64,000 nucleotides of DNA from a virus: positions 96,001-160,000 of the IMG/VR virus record IMGVR_UViG_3300033146_004128. The stretch is one strand, 5' to 3'. Numbering within the stretch: position 1 is the stretch's first letter; each line of letters begins with the position of its first letter. Under the pieces are notes generated by a model. The model made no database searches, was not told where the DNA came from, and worked only from the letters and a program-made list of their open reading frames with translations. A program made the position numbers and the translations under genes. Of this stretch, positions 10,910 to 22,910 are shown piece by piece.

Positions 10910-12652
10910 ATGCTTTGGATAAATGAAGAATTGGTTAGCTACGATAAGGCTATAAATGGATTAAATTTTGATAAGCTTGGTCATGAGACTGGGCTTGGTT
11001 CATGGGGTGCACTTTTGACTGTTGAAGATAGCTTTGATACTCCACTGTCCCTATTTATAGGTCTTAAGTTTGATGTTGTAAGCATCATAACAAACAGATT
11101 TATAACCACTTTTGTAAATATACCTAGGGAGATAAAAGAGAGATCCCAAAAGCTTAGAGGAGGTAGACCATTATCTGACTCCATATCTGGAATCTCAAAC
11201 TTCATACCAGACATAGATGGTGAAAACGTGATAACATTCTATATAGATACTCATAGGGTAGACATAGATGTTGTTGAGATGTCAAATGTGCTATATAAGT
11301 ACGCAGACACAACAGAGGAGTACGCTGCACTAGCAAGAGATGTGGTGTTCTTGTCCGGTGGGAAGAGGGCATCAAGAGCAATATCTGCATCAATGCTTAG
11401 GGTGTATGATGGCAATCTTGAAAATTTTGGCTTCATATTCACTAGGAGTGGAGTAAATTTTGTTCTTAATGAGATGATGGTGGACGAGGACCTATTAAAT
11501 GATGAGATAAAGTTCACATACTGGCTAACTCCACATGACAGGGAAGAGTACTCTTTTTTTGAGAACAACAACAACGTTAAGGCTGAGGGGGGATCAGAAT
11601 TTGTAGATGGTCTTGGGGTAGAGAAGGTTTCAGGGTATGAGACAGATAAGTTATATCAATATGACAGAAGAGGTATGAGAAATGGATACTATGATATCAC
11701 TGTTGAAAATCCACTAATAAATTCAGGATATACAGATGGCACCATAGAGGTGCATGACACATTCCAGTATACAAAAGATACCGGGGCAAGGATACATAAG
11801 CATAAGGCAGGTGTAGAGATAGACGCTGGATACCAAGATCATACATCGAAAGTTCTGTCATCTCTTGTCCCTGATGAGGGAACCGGAGATAAGCTATCTA
11901 AGATATCACAGATATTGACTCCAATATTCAAGCTAGGCGCACTAAAAATGATGAAAGACGGATACAATGGAAGCTTTACCGACACATTCAATAGCACAGT
12001 GACAGGTGTCGTAATAGATGCTGTCCTTGAGGCTATAGAGCTCACTAGTGAAGAGATACCAGACTCAACAAAGACATATGTATCGAACAATATAAAGGAT
12101 ACCCTAGTCATCCCGTTGGCAATGATGAATAAAATGCATTCATTTGAAGACATAGATGTTCAAAGTATTTATGAAAGTATTGTTTTTATCTATCATCCAG
12201 TCATAGACAAATTTGTGTTTTACGAATTTGGGCAGAATGATCCTGCCATTGTAACAGAGGACTCCATAATATTCACATCAGATGGTACACGATATGGGAT
12301 AGACATGTCAGGCAATGACAATGAGTTTATATGGTCAAACTTCAAGAAGAAATTTAGGCTTGATTCATCAAGATGGATAAACGCATATGGTGAGGTTTCC
12401 GATAATGATACATTTGTAGAGGAGAGTAGCAGAAGTCTTGAACCATTGTATAGTGTACTAAGTAAAGAGGATTCTGGAGTTCCATATTATGATGACCTGA
12501 CATTTGAAGGAAAATCTGCTAAAATTATGGTAATAAACAAAAAAGATATTCGAGAAATCGTTAGGAAAACACATGGCGAAGTTGCCGGTGAATATATCCT
12601 TGGTTTAAAGACAGGTGATGTAGAAATTGTAAGGGATGGATTATGGATGTAA
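10910..12652 (+). CDS. Hypothetical protein (about 580 aa)
   Basis: Start refined to ATG 10910 (GAAGGA RBS, 1 nt after the upstream TAA). Confidence 0.7.
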   Translation: MLWINEELVSYDKAINGLNFDKLGHETGLGSWGALLTVEDSFDTPLSLFIGLKFDVVSIITNRFITTFVNIPREIKERSQKLRGGRPLSDSISGISNFIPDIDGENVITFYIDTHRVDIDVVEMSNVLYKYADTTEEYAALARDVVFLSGGKRASRAISASMLRVYDGNLENFGFIFTRSGVNFVLNEMMVDEDLLNDEIKFTYWLTPHDREEYSFFENNNNVKAEGGSEFVDGLGVEKVSGYETDKLYQYDRRGMRNGYYDITVENPLINSGYTDGTIEVHDTFQYTKDTGARIHKHKAGVEIDAGYQDHTSKVLSSLVPDEGTGDKLSKISQILTPIFKLGALKMMKDGYNGSFTDTFNSTVTGVVIDAVLEAIELTSEEIPDSTKTYVSNNIKDTLVIPLAMMNKMHSFEDIDVQSIYESIVFIYHPVIDKFVFYEFGQNDPAIVTEDSIIFTSDGTRYGIDMSGNDNEFIWSNFKKKFRLDSSRWINAYGEVSDNDTFVEESSRSLEPLYSVLSKEDSGVPYYDDLTFEGKSAKIMVINKKDIREIVRKTHGEVAGEYILGLKTGDVEIVRDGLWM

Positions 12653-15600
12653 AATCAACGCACACAGAGCAGGTGGCTGAAGATGCTCTATGGAGAATAA
12701 AACAAGATACGTTTTTTAGGATAATGGATCAAGTTGGCCAGATACATGTAGACGACCAGATACCTCCATTGATGAAGAATATATCTCTATATCTAGAGTC
12801 AGATGCTGATAATACGTTCATCCAGACAAAGTTCCAAGGAATATATAGAGCTACAAGATATAATGTCACCATCCGTGAGTTTTCAAAATTTGATGACAAT
12901 AACTGGGTTGTATACATAGACGTATATAATATCCCAGACATAAAGGACGGTGTTGTTACAGACCTAAATATAGAGAACTCTTTTGCTCAGATAGAGGCCT
13001 TTACTATTGGTGCCGTAGACGGAGTCATAATGATTGCCCCACGAGAGGCAGAGAGATTAATAGCTATCACTGAAGACTTTGAGACTAAGAAGTTGAAAGT
13101 GTGTCTAAAAGAGCTCCGGGAGTTCATGGCTCTTCAGGAAAATAGAAATGGGTACAAAACAGATCAGTTTGATGACGAAGTTTATATTATAGATTCACCT
13201 GCTCCTATGTTCGCAAAAGATACCGTAATGTATAGAGATTCAGACTATGTTGGAATGTGGATATCCTTTGGAACATTGTTGAAATTCGATCTTAGGAATC
13301 TAAATGTGTTTAACATAGATGGAGTTAAGGTAGGTGCTGTGGATATAGGTTCCGGATCTCCGCAAATAAATGCACTAAAATTACTTAGCAACTCTGCATA
13401 TGGATATGCATCAATACTGTTCGACAAGGAATCGTTATTCTCAAAGATAATGGATTATTCAAGAAGATATGTGTATGAGACAAACATGGAAGATGGAACT
13501 AGAATATGTGTTGACAATATACTTGAAACACTTCAAGAGAAGGGTATACTCGGACTGTTATATGAAGATTTTGATGTCGTTAGCAACTACCCTATGATGG
13601 CATTTGACGAAGTAACTGGTGAAGTAAAGAAGATACTCAGCACAATGATAAAGTTTAAATATAGAAATGAGTATATATACATGGTTCTGGATATGCCAAA
13701 TAATAAAATGTACTTTGCATCATACGCAGGACGCATACAGGACTTCTACAACAGTAAGTACGAGTATAATGTCAAGATAATGAATGATATGTGGATAACA
13801 AAGGTAAATGACATCAGTCCTGACAACTTTATTTTGTTTACCGGCTTTCCTAACTTGCAACACAATAAAGTTATAGACATATACTTCGATGACACTATAG
13901 AGACATTTAGTGACTTGGACAAGAGCTTCTCTATTGATGTTACTGAGTTCGACGGATTTTATAGGGACTCTGTACTGCACCCAAATGAGGAAAGCTATGA
14001 TAGAAACACTGACCTTGTACATTCGTATGGTAACAACCCATTCCCTTTAGTGTCAGGACTTATTGCATATCAACCAAAAGATTATGTTGGTCGCACGCAG
14101 AGATATGAACTTGATACACATGCAGAGCCAATAATAACTACATTTATAGACCCTGAGAATAAAGCAGCATACCTGATGGTTCCAGGAGTAAAGACAAACT
14201 GTCTCGTAGATAAGATGGACACACCTATAGGAGCACACGATTTTATCAACAACTATATGGTAAGATGGTTTAAGGGAGAGGATGTTGACGAGTGGATAAA
14301 AGAGGCAGAGCAAGGCGGATTCGCCCATATGGTTCGCAGAGCATATTATAATAATGGATGGACTATTGTAAAGACAGGTGAAGATACCTACTCTACACTG
14401 AAGCTAAATTCTACTAGGCTTATGTATGTATATAATGGAGCTGTCGAGCACCTATGCTACCCAGAAACACAAATTCTTGTTGATATGGCAGAAAAGCTAC
14501 GGGAAAACATGTCTGAAAGTGAAGTAAAGCAAGAGGTAATGGCCCAGGCAAGTAAAGTTGCTGACAAGATAACTGCTAAAGTTATGACTCAGATAAGAGC
14601 CATAGATACGCAATTTATCCAAGAAATAATGGAAAAGTCAAACCAGGTAGTATCTGTTGTTGACTACGCTACTCCAAGATTCGACTTTGATAGGTTCGAA
14701 GATGCGGACAATATCTACGTGAACAATGCTCCTTCTGGGCCGGTTCTTAATCATGCTCTTCTTTTTGAAGACACATTCCACATGATGCAGCAAAAAATGA
14801 AGTCTGAGTACTTTGATGATATGGGATTTGAAATTCTACCAGCAGAGGTATATTGCCCTTACTTCAAGGGTCTAGTTGCTGAAAAGTCTGGCGATATCAC
14901 CCACATAGAAGTTACATCAGATATGTCAAACTCTATAGAAATACTGAAGAATAAATCCATAGGCATAAGGCTAAAGGGGGACAGTATATCTAGAGAGGGC
15001 ACAATAAATGTGGAGGGCAATGTGTTTAGCGTAAAGGATGCCTATACGAAGAATATAGAGCTAAATTACTTTGGAGTAAGGACCATAAACGGAGAAGACT
15101 TCAATATCTATAAGCTAACAACATTCACAACGATGTCCGATGCAGTAAGAGATGCATATGCTGCAGGATTTACGGAGTTTACGCAGAAAGCATCAGAAGA
15201 TGCAGGTGTAGATTACGAGGAGCAGAAGAGATACATACATGGCATAATGGGTATAGACTCTTCGCCTACAGAAATAGAGGTTCCGCCAATTCCTTCAGGG
15301 CAGCCACTATATATTGCAAACATAGAGAATAAACTTATGGTATCTCTAGACGGGAATTCATTTATGGATGCACCTATTGGTTCTGATGGGGTAGAGTTGT
15401 CAGCAAGAATAACAATAGAGGATAAGGTTAGATTTTTGTCTATGCTGAGGAATATTGTAAATGCTGACAAGAATAGTGTTTCGTTCAAGCTTTCTTATGC
15501 GGAGGCTCATGTTGCTGACGATGTGTATTCTGTTGGTGTTAAAGAAATGTGGATAGATCATACCGATATTCTCACTAGAGGAACGGTTTCTGTCACCGCA

Positions 15601-15960
15601 AGAATGTTTGTAGATAACGGTCAGATTGTTTTAGATGATAATCATGATATAATATACTCTCAAGATGATGAGTTTATGATAACCAAAGAAGTTGACATAG
15701 ATGGGTACGTGAGCGATGATGGCGACAGACTAAAGATACTTGTCAATATGGACGTGATATACTACACAAGCATACCTACTACCGATATCACATATGGCAC
15801 AGCTCAAGAGCTAATGATTCAAGATACAACATACAAGATAAGACTCGGACTTCCTGTATCTCTTTCTGTTCTAAATGGAGGGTACGTTTTTGTTGACAGA
15901 GACGATGCACATGAGAATGGTGTGTCTGGGTGGTTTGATTTTACTAAGATGGGAGACTAA
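12643..15960 (+). CDS. Very large hypothetical protein (1105 aa)
   Basis: Long ORF overlapping the upstream stop, AAGGGA RBS; acidic and D/Y/I-rich. Confidence 0.7.
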   Translation: MDVKSTHTEQVAEDALWRIKQDTFFRIMDQVGQIHVDDQIPPLMKNISLYLESDADNTFIQTKFQGIYRATRYNVTIREFSKFDDNNWVVYIDVYNIPDIKDGVVTDLNIENSFAQIEAFTIGAVDGVIMIAPREAERLIAITEDFETKKLKVCLKELREFMALQENRNGYKTDQFDDEVYIIDSPAPMFAKDTVMYRDSDYVGMWISFGTLLKFDLRNLNVFNIDGVKVGAVDIGSGSPQINALKLLSNSAYGYASILFDKESLFSKIMDYSRRYVYETNMEDGTRICVDNILETLQEKGILGLLYEDFDVVSNYPMMAFDEVTGEVKKILSTMIKFKYRNEYIYMVLDMPNNKMYFASYAGRIQDFYNSKYEYNVKIMNDMWITKVNDISPDNFILFTGFPNLQHNKVIDIYFDDTIETFSDLDKSFSIDVTEFDGFYRDSVLHPNEESYDRNTDLVHSYGNNPFPLVSGLIAYQPKDYVGRTQRYELDTHAEPIITTFIDPENKAAYLMVPGVKTNCLVDKMDTPIGAHDFINNYMVRWFKGEDVDEWIKEAEQGGFAHMVRRAYYNNGWTIVKTGEDTYSTLKLNSTRLMYVYNGAVEHLCYPETQILVDMAEKLRENMSESEVKQEVMAQASKVADKITAKVMTQIRAIDTQFIQEIMEKSNQVVSVVDYATPRFDFDRFEDADNIYVNNAPSGPVLNHALLFEDTFHMMQQKMKSEYFDDMGFEILPAEVYCPYFKGLVAEKSGDITHIEVTSDMSNSIEILKNKSIGIRLKGDSISREGTINVEGNVFSVKDAYTKNIELNYFGVRTINGEDFNIYKLTTFTTMSDAVRDAYAAGFTEFTQKASEDAGVDYEEQKRYIHGIMGIDSSPTEIEVPPIPSGQPLYIANIENKLMVSLDGNSFMDAPIGSDGVELSARITIEDKVRFLSMLRNIVNADKNSVSFKLSYAEAHVADDVYSVGVKEMWIDHTDILTRGTVSVTARMFVDNGQIVLDDNHDIIYSQDDEFMITKEVDIDGYVSDDGDRLKILVNMDVIYYTSIPTTDITYGTAQELMIQDTTYKIRLGLPVSLSVLNGGYVFVDRDDAHENGVSGWFDFTKMGD

Positions 15961-16722
15961 ATGTACGACAATACAAATGGATACAGAGCGATTGTGACAG
16001 ACTGCGAGTTTGTTACAGAGGAATTAGACGGCATGGGAGAGGTCTCTTTCTATGCAAAGTCTGGTGATAACCCTGAGATAAATATTTATCCAGCGGACAC
16101 ACAAGCAAGTCTTGAACCTTTTCTTGAGGGGAATGGTGACTATGTCATGTTTGCATACATAGGCCAAGCGCCATCATTTTCATACGACTATCATATTGAT
16201 GAGGTGACAGAGGGAAGCATTCTTTCTGTGAGGACTGACCACAGCTTATTTTTTGATGTAGAATTTGATCCAAGTGCAGACCTTCTAACAGGGTACATTA
16301 GGAGGGCCATATCTGCAGCTTCTTTTACCGGTAAGAATATAGTGAATCAATTTGCAGGCAAGAATGATGTCGGAGTAGAAACCTTTATGTTACAGATGCT
16401 GTTTCCAGACCCTGCGATCAATGGAGGAAATATAGATATTGTCGCATATGGAAACGGAGAGAGAAACCATATTGCTAGGTCAAAAGTAGAAACAACCTCA
16501 TATGGCTCTCTAAGAAAGAAGCTTAGAATAGTTCTCGGCGATAGCACCAAGCTTATATCCGTATCATTCGGAAGGCTTGATGCCGGAAATATGTATAGTG
16601 GAGGAGAAGAGATCTTAGAAACAAAAGCTATACAGGAACTTGGAAGCGATCAGATGTTCCGAACGATAACAAGAATGCTTGATGCCCCAAACAAGATTTA
16701 TAATACAGAGGTGAATATATAA
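15961..16722 (+). CDS. Hypothetical protein (253 aa)
   Basis: GGGAG RBS; ATG directly abuts the upstream TAA. Confidence 0.7.
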   Translation: MYDNTNGYRAIVTDCEFVTEELDGMGEVSFYAKSGDNPEINIYPADTQASLEPFLEGNGDYVMFAYIGQAPSFSYDYHIDEVTEGSILSVRTDHSLFFDVEFDPSADLLTGYIRRAISAASFTGKNIVNQFAGKNDVGVETFMLQMLFPDPAINGGNIDIVAYGNGERNHIARSKVETTSYGSLRKKLRIVLGDSTKLISVSFGRLDAGNMYSGGEEILETKAIQELGSDQMFRTITRMLDAPNKIYNTEVNI

Positions 16723-19700
16723 TGTCAAATTTTTTTACAATCATGGATCCTTCTATAGGGTTGGTATACAAAGAGGAAAACAAGAAGAATGGAGTAGCCG
16801 GTATTTCATTCTACTTCACAAGAAAGACTGTTGATAGCAACCTTCCAATAGAGATATCATTCGTTGACTATGACGGAGAGATCAATGCTGTATCAAGACA
16901 ACTAAACGGAAGCTTCCTTGACTCTGCTTCAATAGATGGTGTTGACAAGTTCATGTACATGAATGATATTATTTTTGATAAAAATGAGATAGCAAATGCA
17001 CTTTCTACAATACCAAACGAAGAGGTTGATAATGATATCGTTTCAATTATTGATGGGCTATTTGGGATAGATATTTCAGGAGTAGACAACATAGAAGCTC
17101 TTGAGTTTGACAAAGTTGTATATGTTGATAGACTAGATGTTGATGGAACATCAAACTACCTAGACGGATACATGTTAATATTCCATGACATATCAACAAA
17201 GACAGTCAAGCTTGCTCTGTATGCAGGAGAACTTGTAGCATACACGTATGAAGACTATAAAGATCAGCTCAATGAGTATGGTAAGAGTAGGATATTGTCT
17301 GAGATACTTGTTACTAACTCAACAAGCAAGACGATCATAAAAAACACATCTCCATTCAGAGTTAAGATAAAAATGGATAGATATACATATGACGTAAATA
17401 GAGCAGTGTATAGAGACAAGAGTTTCACTATAAATTATGATGATGGATTTACATTTGTGCTTACTCCTGGACAAGAATACTCATTCGTACACGATAATGC
17501 TCAAAGAGAGAGATCGTACTCTCTTCTAGACAACCCGATAGACCCACCTAGAGGACCAATATACTCAATGAACTCATGGGAGTATAATGATGCAAGTGAA
17601 TATATTGTAGAGGCTCCATTCAAGCTATCTTTCCAAGAGGTGATAAGCCCGGTTGGGGTAACTGACCCGGATAGATACCTAGCGGTAAGCTCAATGCATA
17701 ATTTGTTCAAGGATAAGTACTCATTCGAGAGAGCAATAGTTGACAAAAATGATGATCTTCTTGGGCTTGAAGTAATAAGCAGTCATGGCACTATAAAGGT
17801 TTCAAATGACAGTGTATTTAAAGATTTTGCATCCAGTGGCGGAGCATCCGTATTCGCTGACAAAATAAGAGTCATGCTAAAGTCAAAACTTAAAAAGATA
17901 TACTCTTATCTTGGTCAGGATGAGATGAATATACTTGTTGACTATTCAATAGAGAGCACAAGATATAGAATATTAGACATACAGAATAGGATAGTATACA
18001 ATGATACGATATCTATGCCACAGCAGGCATTCACAGTAACTATAGGTCTTATTGGAAATATAGATGAAGTATTGCAAAAGAGTAGTCATCTTGAGTACGA
18101 GATGATTGTTAAAAAAGGCGACCTCCCATGCAAGTCAGACAGAAAAGCACTTATCAACAAGATTATAGGGGCAGAGCTATTCACATCAGACTATCTATCT
18201 TTCAATGTAAATGACGTACTGAATAACCCGACAAAGAAGGTGTACCAGGGCCCGTCGTACAAGACATATAACGGAGAGATAGATGATGCATACGAGATGT
18301 ATCAGAAGAGAATGGTATCAGAGATAGAGGGATTCGGACTCGTTAACTCATCAGACATACTCAGCTCTAAAGAATTTGCTGCTGTAATGCCTGTATTTAA
18401 TATGCTATCTGAGGGAAGTGATGGATGTACCGAAGATTTTGTTTTTGATATAGAAGAAAGCATAGATGAGCATGGACTTGAGATAAGCCTAAATGACATG
18501 CTTAAAAAGATGAGACAAGTGGCATACATATACAGACAAAAAGAGGAGATCATAGCCACTGTGTCTTTAGGTATCACTCTTGATAATGAATGGTACTTCT
18601 GTGGTGAGGACTTCTTCCCTGCCTCTGTGATAGAGAACTCTGAATATACTACATATATGGATAATGATGTGGTTACTATGTCTAGAGATATAGAGGGAGG
18701 GAATGTTCCTATCTATGATAAGAAATTATTCCTCGACTCAAATGATTGGGACGAAGACTATAAGCAGCAGATGCACGATGCCTTCATGGCCTTTGTTGTT
18801 GGGTCAATAGACACATCCACTATATACGATAATCCGGGACTTAAATATATCGTAGATCACCTACTAGATAGGCAGAGAAAGTTATCATTCTCTTATGATG
18901 ATATTTTCATACATGCGAGAGATATCGTTTTTTCTAAGAAAGTAGAGCACGTAAGAAATACAATGATAATGCCCAATATATTTGAGCAGATGATAGCTGA
19001 CGGGAAGACAAACTTCACAGGATATGTTGGAGATGACGATGCCCACTATTTTGGAAAATTAAAAGCTGAATATCATGAGAACTACTACTATATATCGCAT
19101 GATGAACCACTAGATTCTGCATACGAGATAGGCCACACTGTTAGTGCAATGATGAATACGGACTCCATAAAGAATGGATCATTACTTTACCGTGAGCCAG
19201 GGAAACTGCTATTCGGTGTGAATACAGGATCATTTACTCAAGTTGACACTCTCTCAGTTAAGAAGGAGACAAATGTAATTATGGATGGCGAGAGATATGC
19301 ATTTGCGCTTAGCCTTGTAAAAAATGACGTGAAAGAGATGTCCATATGCTATGACTACAAGACAAAGAATCTGAAGATAGTAAATTTAGGAAGCTTCACA
19401 ATACACAGTTTCCCTTTGCTTATGGCATCGTTTGATGTATTACTGCATGACTACTATAGCTCATTAGAGGGGTATAAGCGTGTCGCTCTAGGAGTATACG
19501 ACTACTATGAGTCTGACATAGATAGCGGAACACTAAGTAAGCAATATCTTCTCGTAAATAATACACTACAGGCAGAGGATAAATATATCCTGCTTAAGGC
19601 TACAGTTGGATTGTATGATGCACAAGTTATGGTTGATGCGGATAGTGCGCAATGGAAGTATATGTATATGTCTGGGCTAAATAATGGAATTAGAGTTAGG

Positions 19701-20150
19701 TTTACTGGCGGAGATCTGCAGATACAGAAAGGAGATAGGGGTACATCCACGATACCAAGAACACTGATGGAAAACTATCCTGACACAACGTTAGCTATAG
19801 ATGGAGCCTATATTAAATTATATAGACTAGAAAGATTCCTCCCAGTAAGGTATAATAACGAAAGCATTACAAGAACGATAATAAAAGTTACCGATGCTGA
19901 TGGAGCATTATCATCATTGATTGGGTCTTTAACCATTGTTGATTTCGGCAGCTATAAGGAAGTCTTGTCTCCTAATGGGAAAAAGTATGCATTTGCGTTA
20001 GGCGGAGAAGGTATCGTTGGGTGGAGTTCATCAAACGGGTACACCATGCCTCCAGAGAAGCTACTTGACATAGACGAAATATTGTACAATAAAGATGCTA
20101 TACACACTATTACGATTGACGATATAGTCTTTCAGATTACTTTTGAATAG
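16722..20150 (+). CDS. Very large hypothetical protein (1142 aa)
   Basis: TAATG coupling, GAGGTG RBS, 3.4-kb ORF ending in TAG. Confidence 0.7.
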   Translation: MSNFFTIMDPSIGLVYKEENKKNGVAGISFYFTRKTVDSNLPIEISFVDYDGEINAVSRQLNGSFLDSASIDGVDKFMYMNDIIFDKNEIANALSTIPNEEVDNDIVSIIDGLFGIDISGVDNIEALEFDKVVYVDRLDVDGTSNYLDGYMLIFHDISTKTVKLALYAGELVAYTYEDYKDQLNEYGKSRILSEILVTNSTSKTIIKNTSPFRVKIKMDRYTYDVNRAVYRDKSFTINYDDGFTFVLTPGQEYSFVHDNAQRERSYSLLDNPIDPPRGPIYSMNSWEYNDASEYIVEAPFKLSFQEVISPVGVTDPDRYLAVSSMHNLFKDKYSFERAIVDKNDDLLGLEVISSHGTIKVSNDSVFKDFASSGGASVFADKIRVMLKSKLKKIYSYLGQDEMNILVDYSIESTRYRILDIQNRIVYNDTISMPQQAFTVTIGLIGNIDEVLQKSSHLEYEMIVKKGDLPCKSDRKALINKIIGAELFTSDYLSFNVNDVLNNPTKKVYQGPSYKTYNGEIDDAYEMYQKRMVSEIEGFGLVNSSDILSSKEFAAVMPVFNMLSEGSDGCTEDFVFDIEESIDEHGLEISLNDMLKKMRQVAYIYRQKEEIIATVSLGITLDNEWYFCGEDFFPASVIENSEYTTYMDNDVVTMSRDIEGGNVPIYDKKLFLDSNDWDEDYKQQMHDAFMAFVVGSIDTSTIYDNPGLKYIVDHLLDRQRKLSFSYDDIFIHARDIVFSKKVEHVRNTMIMPNIFEQMIADGKTNFTGYVGDDDAHYFGKLKAEYHENYYYISHDEPLDSAYEIGHTVSAMMNTDSIKNGSLLYREPGKLLFGVNTGSFTQVDTLSVKKETNVIMDGERYAFALSLVKNDVKEMSICYDYKTKNLKIVNLGSFTIHSFPLLMASFDVLLHDYYSSLEGYKRVALGVYDYYESDIDSGTLSKQYLLVNNTLQAEDKYILLKATVGLYDAQVMVDADSAQWKYMYMSGLNNGIRVRFTGGDLQIQKGDRGTSTIPRTLMENYPDTTLAIDGAYIKLYRLERFLPVRYNNESITRTIIKVTDADGALSSLIGSLTIVDFGSYKEVLSPNGKKYAFALGGEGIVGWSSSNGYTMPPEKLLDIDEILYNKDAIHTITIDDIVFQITFE

Positions 20151-20162
20151 AAGGATTTCTAA

Positions 20163-22907
20163 ATGATACCATTAATGTATATATTGAATACAGATGAGAT
20201 TTACACACATGCTTCAGGCATAATAACTAAGATAACGCCTAGCTACAGTCACTATAGACACAGTATTCAAGTTGAGTTCAAATACAACCTAGATGAGTTC
20301 TTTTTCATAGAGATATACCTTAATGAGTTTGATCAACCATCAAAAGTTTCTCTGTATGGGTTTTATGGGTCTGAGAGTATAGAAATATCAGATCTTGTAG
20401 ATGAGTATCATCTTTCCGGAAAAAAGGTATCCGTTATCATGTCTAGAGATGTGATACTTGAGATCGCAAACAATGTCGTTACACATACATCATTCCTTGA
20501 GGGCACAACAATAGAGTTTAAGGTCATACAAGACAAGCAAGAAGTAGAGGATAGAGCAAAAGTTACATCTATAAGAGTTATGCCTACAGTGACAGAGGTG
20601 ACTATAAATGGTATTAGATACTCATACGAAGAGGGTACTAAGGCAACAGGCTATATGCCAACCTTGAATAGTGCAGGAGTAAAGAGAGAGCCTGATGTTG
20701 TAGATGGACACTATAATATTTTTCACTTAGATGGAGACAACGACGGATTGTCGTTCTTGGCAATACCGCCTCAAGATATAGATAAGCATTATCTATTTAG
20801 ACAGAACTCTCTTCTAGCACATATCGACATGGACGGAAATGATATGATTGTAGGTGGAACATCGTATAGATACAATAATGGAATGATAAAGCACTTCGGG
20901 ATGGTTCACTCAATGCAAGAGTTTCTAATATTGAAGAAAAACGAAGAGTACAAGACATACATATTCAATGCAGCAAGAGATAAAAATTTATACAGCGAGA
21001 TATCATTACTATTCCCTGCTGTGCAACACAACTCTATGACAGTATATGATCTTCGTGAGAATATACTAATAAAAGGCCAGGCTACATACCACTCAGAGAT
21101 AGATGTCGAGACAGATAAGCTTCTATTCCATATTACAATAGACAACTGTATTGACTTCTTCGGAAGAAGGGTAAACAAGATATTTGAATTCAGAGTGTCT
21201 CCGGAAAAGATACTTTCAAGTAATGCAGAAGGCATAAGTAACGCCACAGAACTTGGAACTTTTTATGTTATAGATAAGGATACCGGAGAGCAGGATGTAA
21301 TACCTACTGATGGAGCACATATAGATATGCAGAAGGATGGGTATATGACAGGGTCAAACAATAAATATTCATTCAGTATCAATAAAAAGTCTCTAGTAAG
21401 AAACAGTAATCTAATGAGAGGTCAATACACGACCTTTAAGGCGATAACTGCAGATGATTATCTGTCCCCAATGTATAGGTTTGACGAGATAGATTTCAAC
21501 GATAACACCATACAGATAAAGAATGGAACAAAGACAATAAAGACTGAACTGTTCAACTCAAGTAAGTATCTGATATCTACACAGAATGGAAAGATGTCAA
21601 GCAGAGACGTAATGACTGAGTTCGGTGGAGTTGAGTTTACAATAGCACCAGAAGTAATATCTTCATCTGGAATAAATATCACAAATTTCTCTGACTATAT
21701 TATGCTGTGCAGAATGGTAGAGACTCCTGAGTATGGTATAATCGGGGTAAGAAGAGATACAAGAGATCTTCTTTACTCGATAGTGATGTCATACAATTTT
21801 ACTGACATAGCAATGGTATATAATATAAACCTAGATAAGGTATATTACATAGACTTTTCCAGGAAAGAAGTTAGTGACAATGTAAACATGTTGCCATCAA
21901 CATTTGACACCTATATATCTACTATAGACGAGGAGAAGCTAAAAGCTTATCTTAGAGATGGTGGATTTGCAACCTTTAAGGCTATAAATACACCAAACTC
22001 TTCACTTGTTACTCTTGAAGGGCAATCTCTTTTCTCTGAAGAAGTAATGCATGAGAAGTACTTAGACTCAAGCAGAAACATGTCTTCACTGGCAATAACT
22101 GGGTCTGGGGTTGTTGATGCAAGCGTGATAGCGAAAGGAAATGCTATAGACGGTACATATATTTCAAGACCTGGAGAGATATCTGTAATGAAAGCAGGGT
22201 TTGGAAAAAACAGAACAATATTTAGAAAAGTTTCAAATGGAGTATATTCTAATGAGAACATTGATATTGAGTCGGTATCTGTTTCTGGGTCTACGTACAC
22301 TATAGGCTTTTCTCATGAAGGTGACTCTCACTCTGCTTCTATATCAATAGACGGAGGACCGATAGAGGTAAAGAAGGGCTTGAAGCATAGTCTAGTTGAC
22401 GACTCTGAAAGCTTTGAATATATGACTGGATTCACATACTCTTCAACAGTTCCTCAAGATAACATATTCCAGAAGTCAGGAGTCCTAGTTATGGAGTCAT
22501 ATCTAGGCATAGGTCTTGCCTTTGACATTAACACCGTTGAAGATATGATAAATTCATCTTCTATTGGACTACACAGTACAGTTTCGCTATCATATGACAG
22601 TAAGATGATTATGATATCTGGTATAGAAGCAGATACGGTTTCCGTATCAGACTCAGTGTTCAGTAGCGACGGGTTAACTATTGATCTTGACTCTCCTACA
22701 GGAAGTGCATATGCACTATCTTTCAATGGTGATAATGGCGAGATATCAACAACCATACCTAGCGATGACTATGACGCATATCTTACGGCATGGGAAGAAG
22801 ATCTTGAAGACAACGGATTCACAGAGATAAATGAGTACGAGAGCGGAAGCCTCTACGCTATAGCATTTGACATTACAAAAGCACAGTATCTACAATTTAA
22901 GGAATAA
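20163..22907 (+). CDS. Large hypothetical protein (914 aa)
   Basis: AAGGA RBS; S/T/G-rich beta-type C-terminal third. Confidence 0.7.
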   Translation: MIPLMYILNTDEIYTHASGIITKITPSYSHYRHSIQVEFKYNLDEFFFIEIYLNEFDQPSKVSLYGFYGSESIEISDLVDEYHLSGKKVSVIMSRDVILEIANNVVTHTSFLEGTTIEFKVIQDKQEVEDRAKVTSIRVMPTVTEVTINGIRYSYEEGTKATGYMPTLNSAGVKREPDVVDGHYNIFHLDGDNDGLSFLAIPPQDIDKHYLFRQNSLLAHIDMDGNDMIVGGTSYRYNNGMIKHFGMVHSMQEFLILKKNEEYKTYIFNAARDKNLYSEISLLFPAVQHNSMTVYDLRENILIKGQATYHSEIDVETDKLLFHITIDNCIDFFGRRVNKIFEFRVSPEKILSSNAEGISNATELGTFYVIDKDTGEQDVIPTDGAHIDMQKDGYMTGSNNKYSFSINKKSLVRNSNLMRGQYTTFKAITADDYLSPMYRFDEIDFNDNTIQIKNGTKTIKTELFNSSKYLISTQNGKMSSRDVMTEFGGVEFTIAPEVISSSGINITNFSDYIMLCRMVETPEYGIIGVRRDTRDLLYSIVMSYNFTDIAMVYNINLDKVYYIDFSRKEVSDNVNMLPSTFDTYISTIDEEKLKAYLRDGGFATFKAINTPNSSLVTLEGQSLFSEEVMHEKYLDSSRNMSSLAITGSGVVDASVIAKGNAIDGTYISRPGEISVMKAGFGKNRTIFRKVSNGVYSNENIDIESVSVSGSTYTIGFSHEGDSHSASISIDGGPIEVKKGLKHSLVDDSESFEYMTGFTYSSTVPQDNIFQKSGVLVMESYLGIGLAFDINTVEDMINSSSIGLHSTVSLSYDSKMIMISGIEADTVSVSDSVFSSDGLTIDLDSPTGSAYALSFNGDNGEISTTIPSDDYDAYLTAWEEDLEDNGFTEINEYESGSLYAIAFDITKAQYLQFKE

Positions 22908-22910
22908 TTG

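Noticed and set aside
6901-20150. Large ORFs as phiKZ-like multisubunit RNA polymerase subunits
   Set aside because: No DxDGD/NADFDGD or other double-psi-barrel motifs were found.
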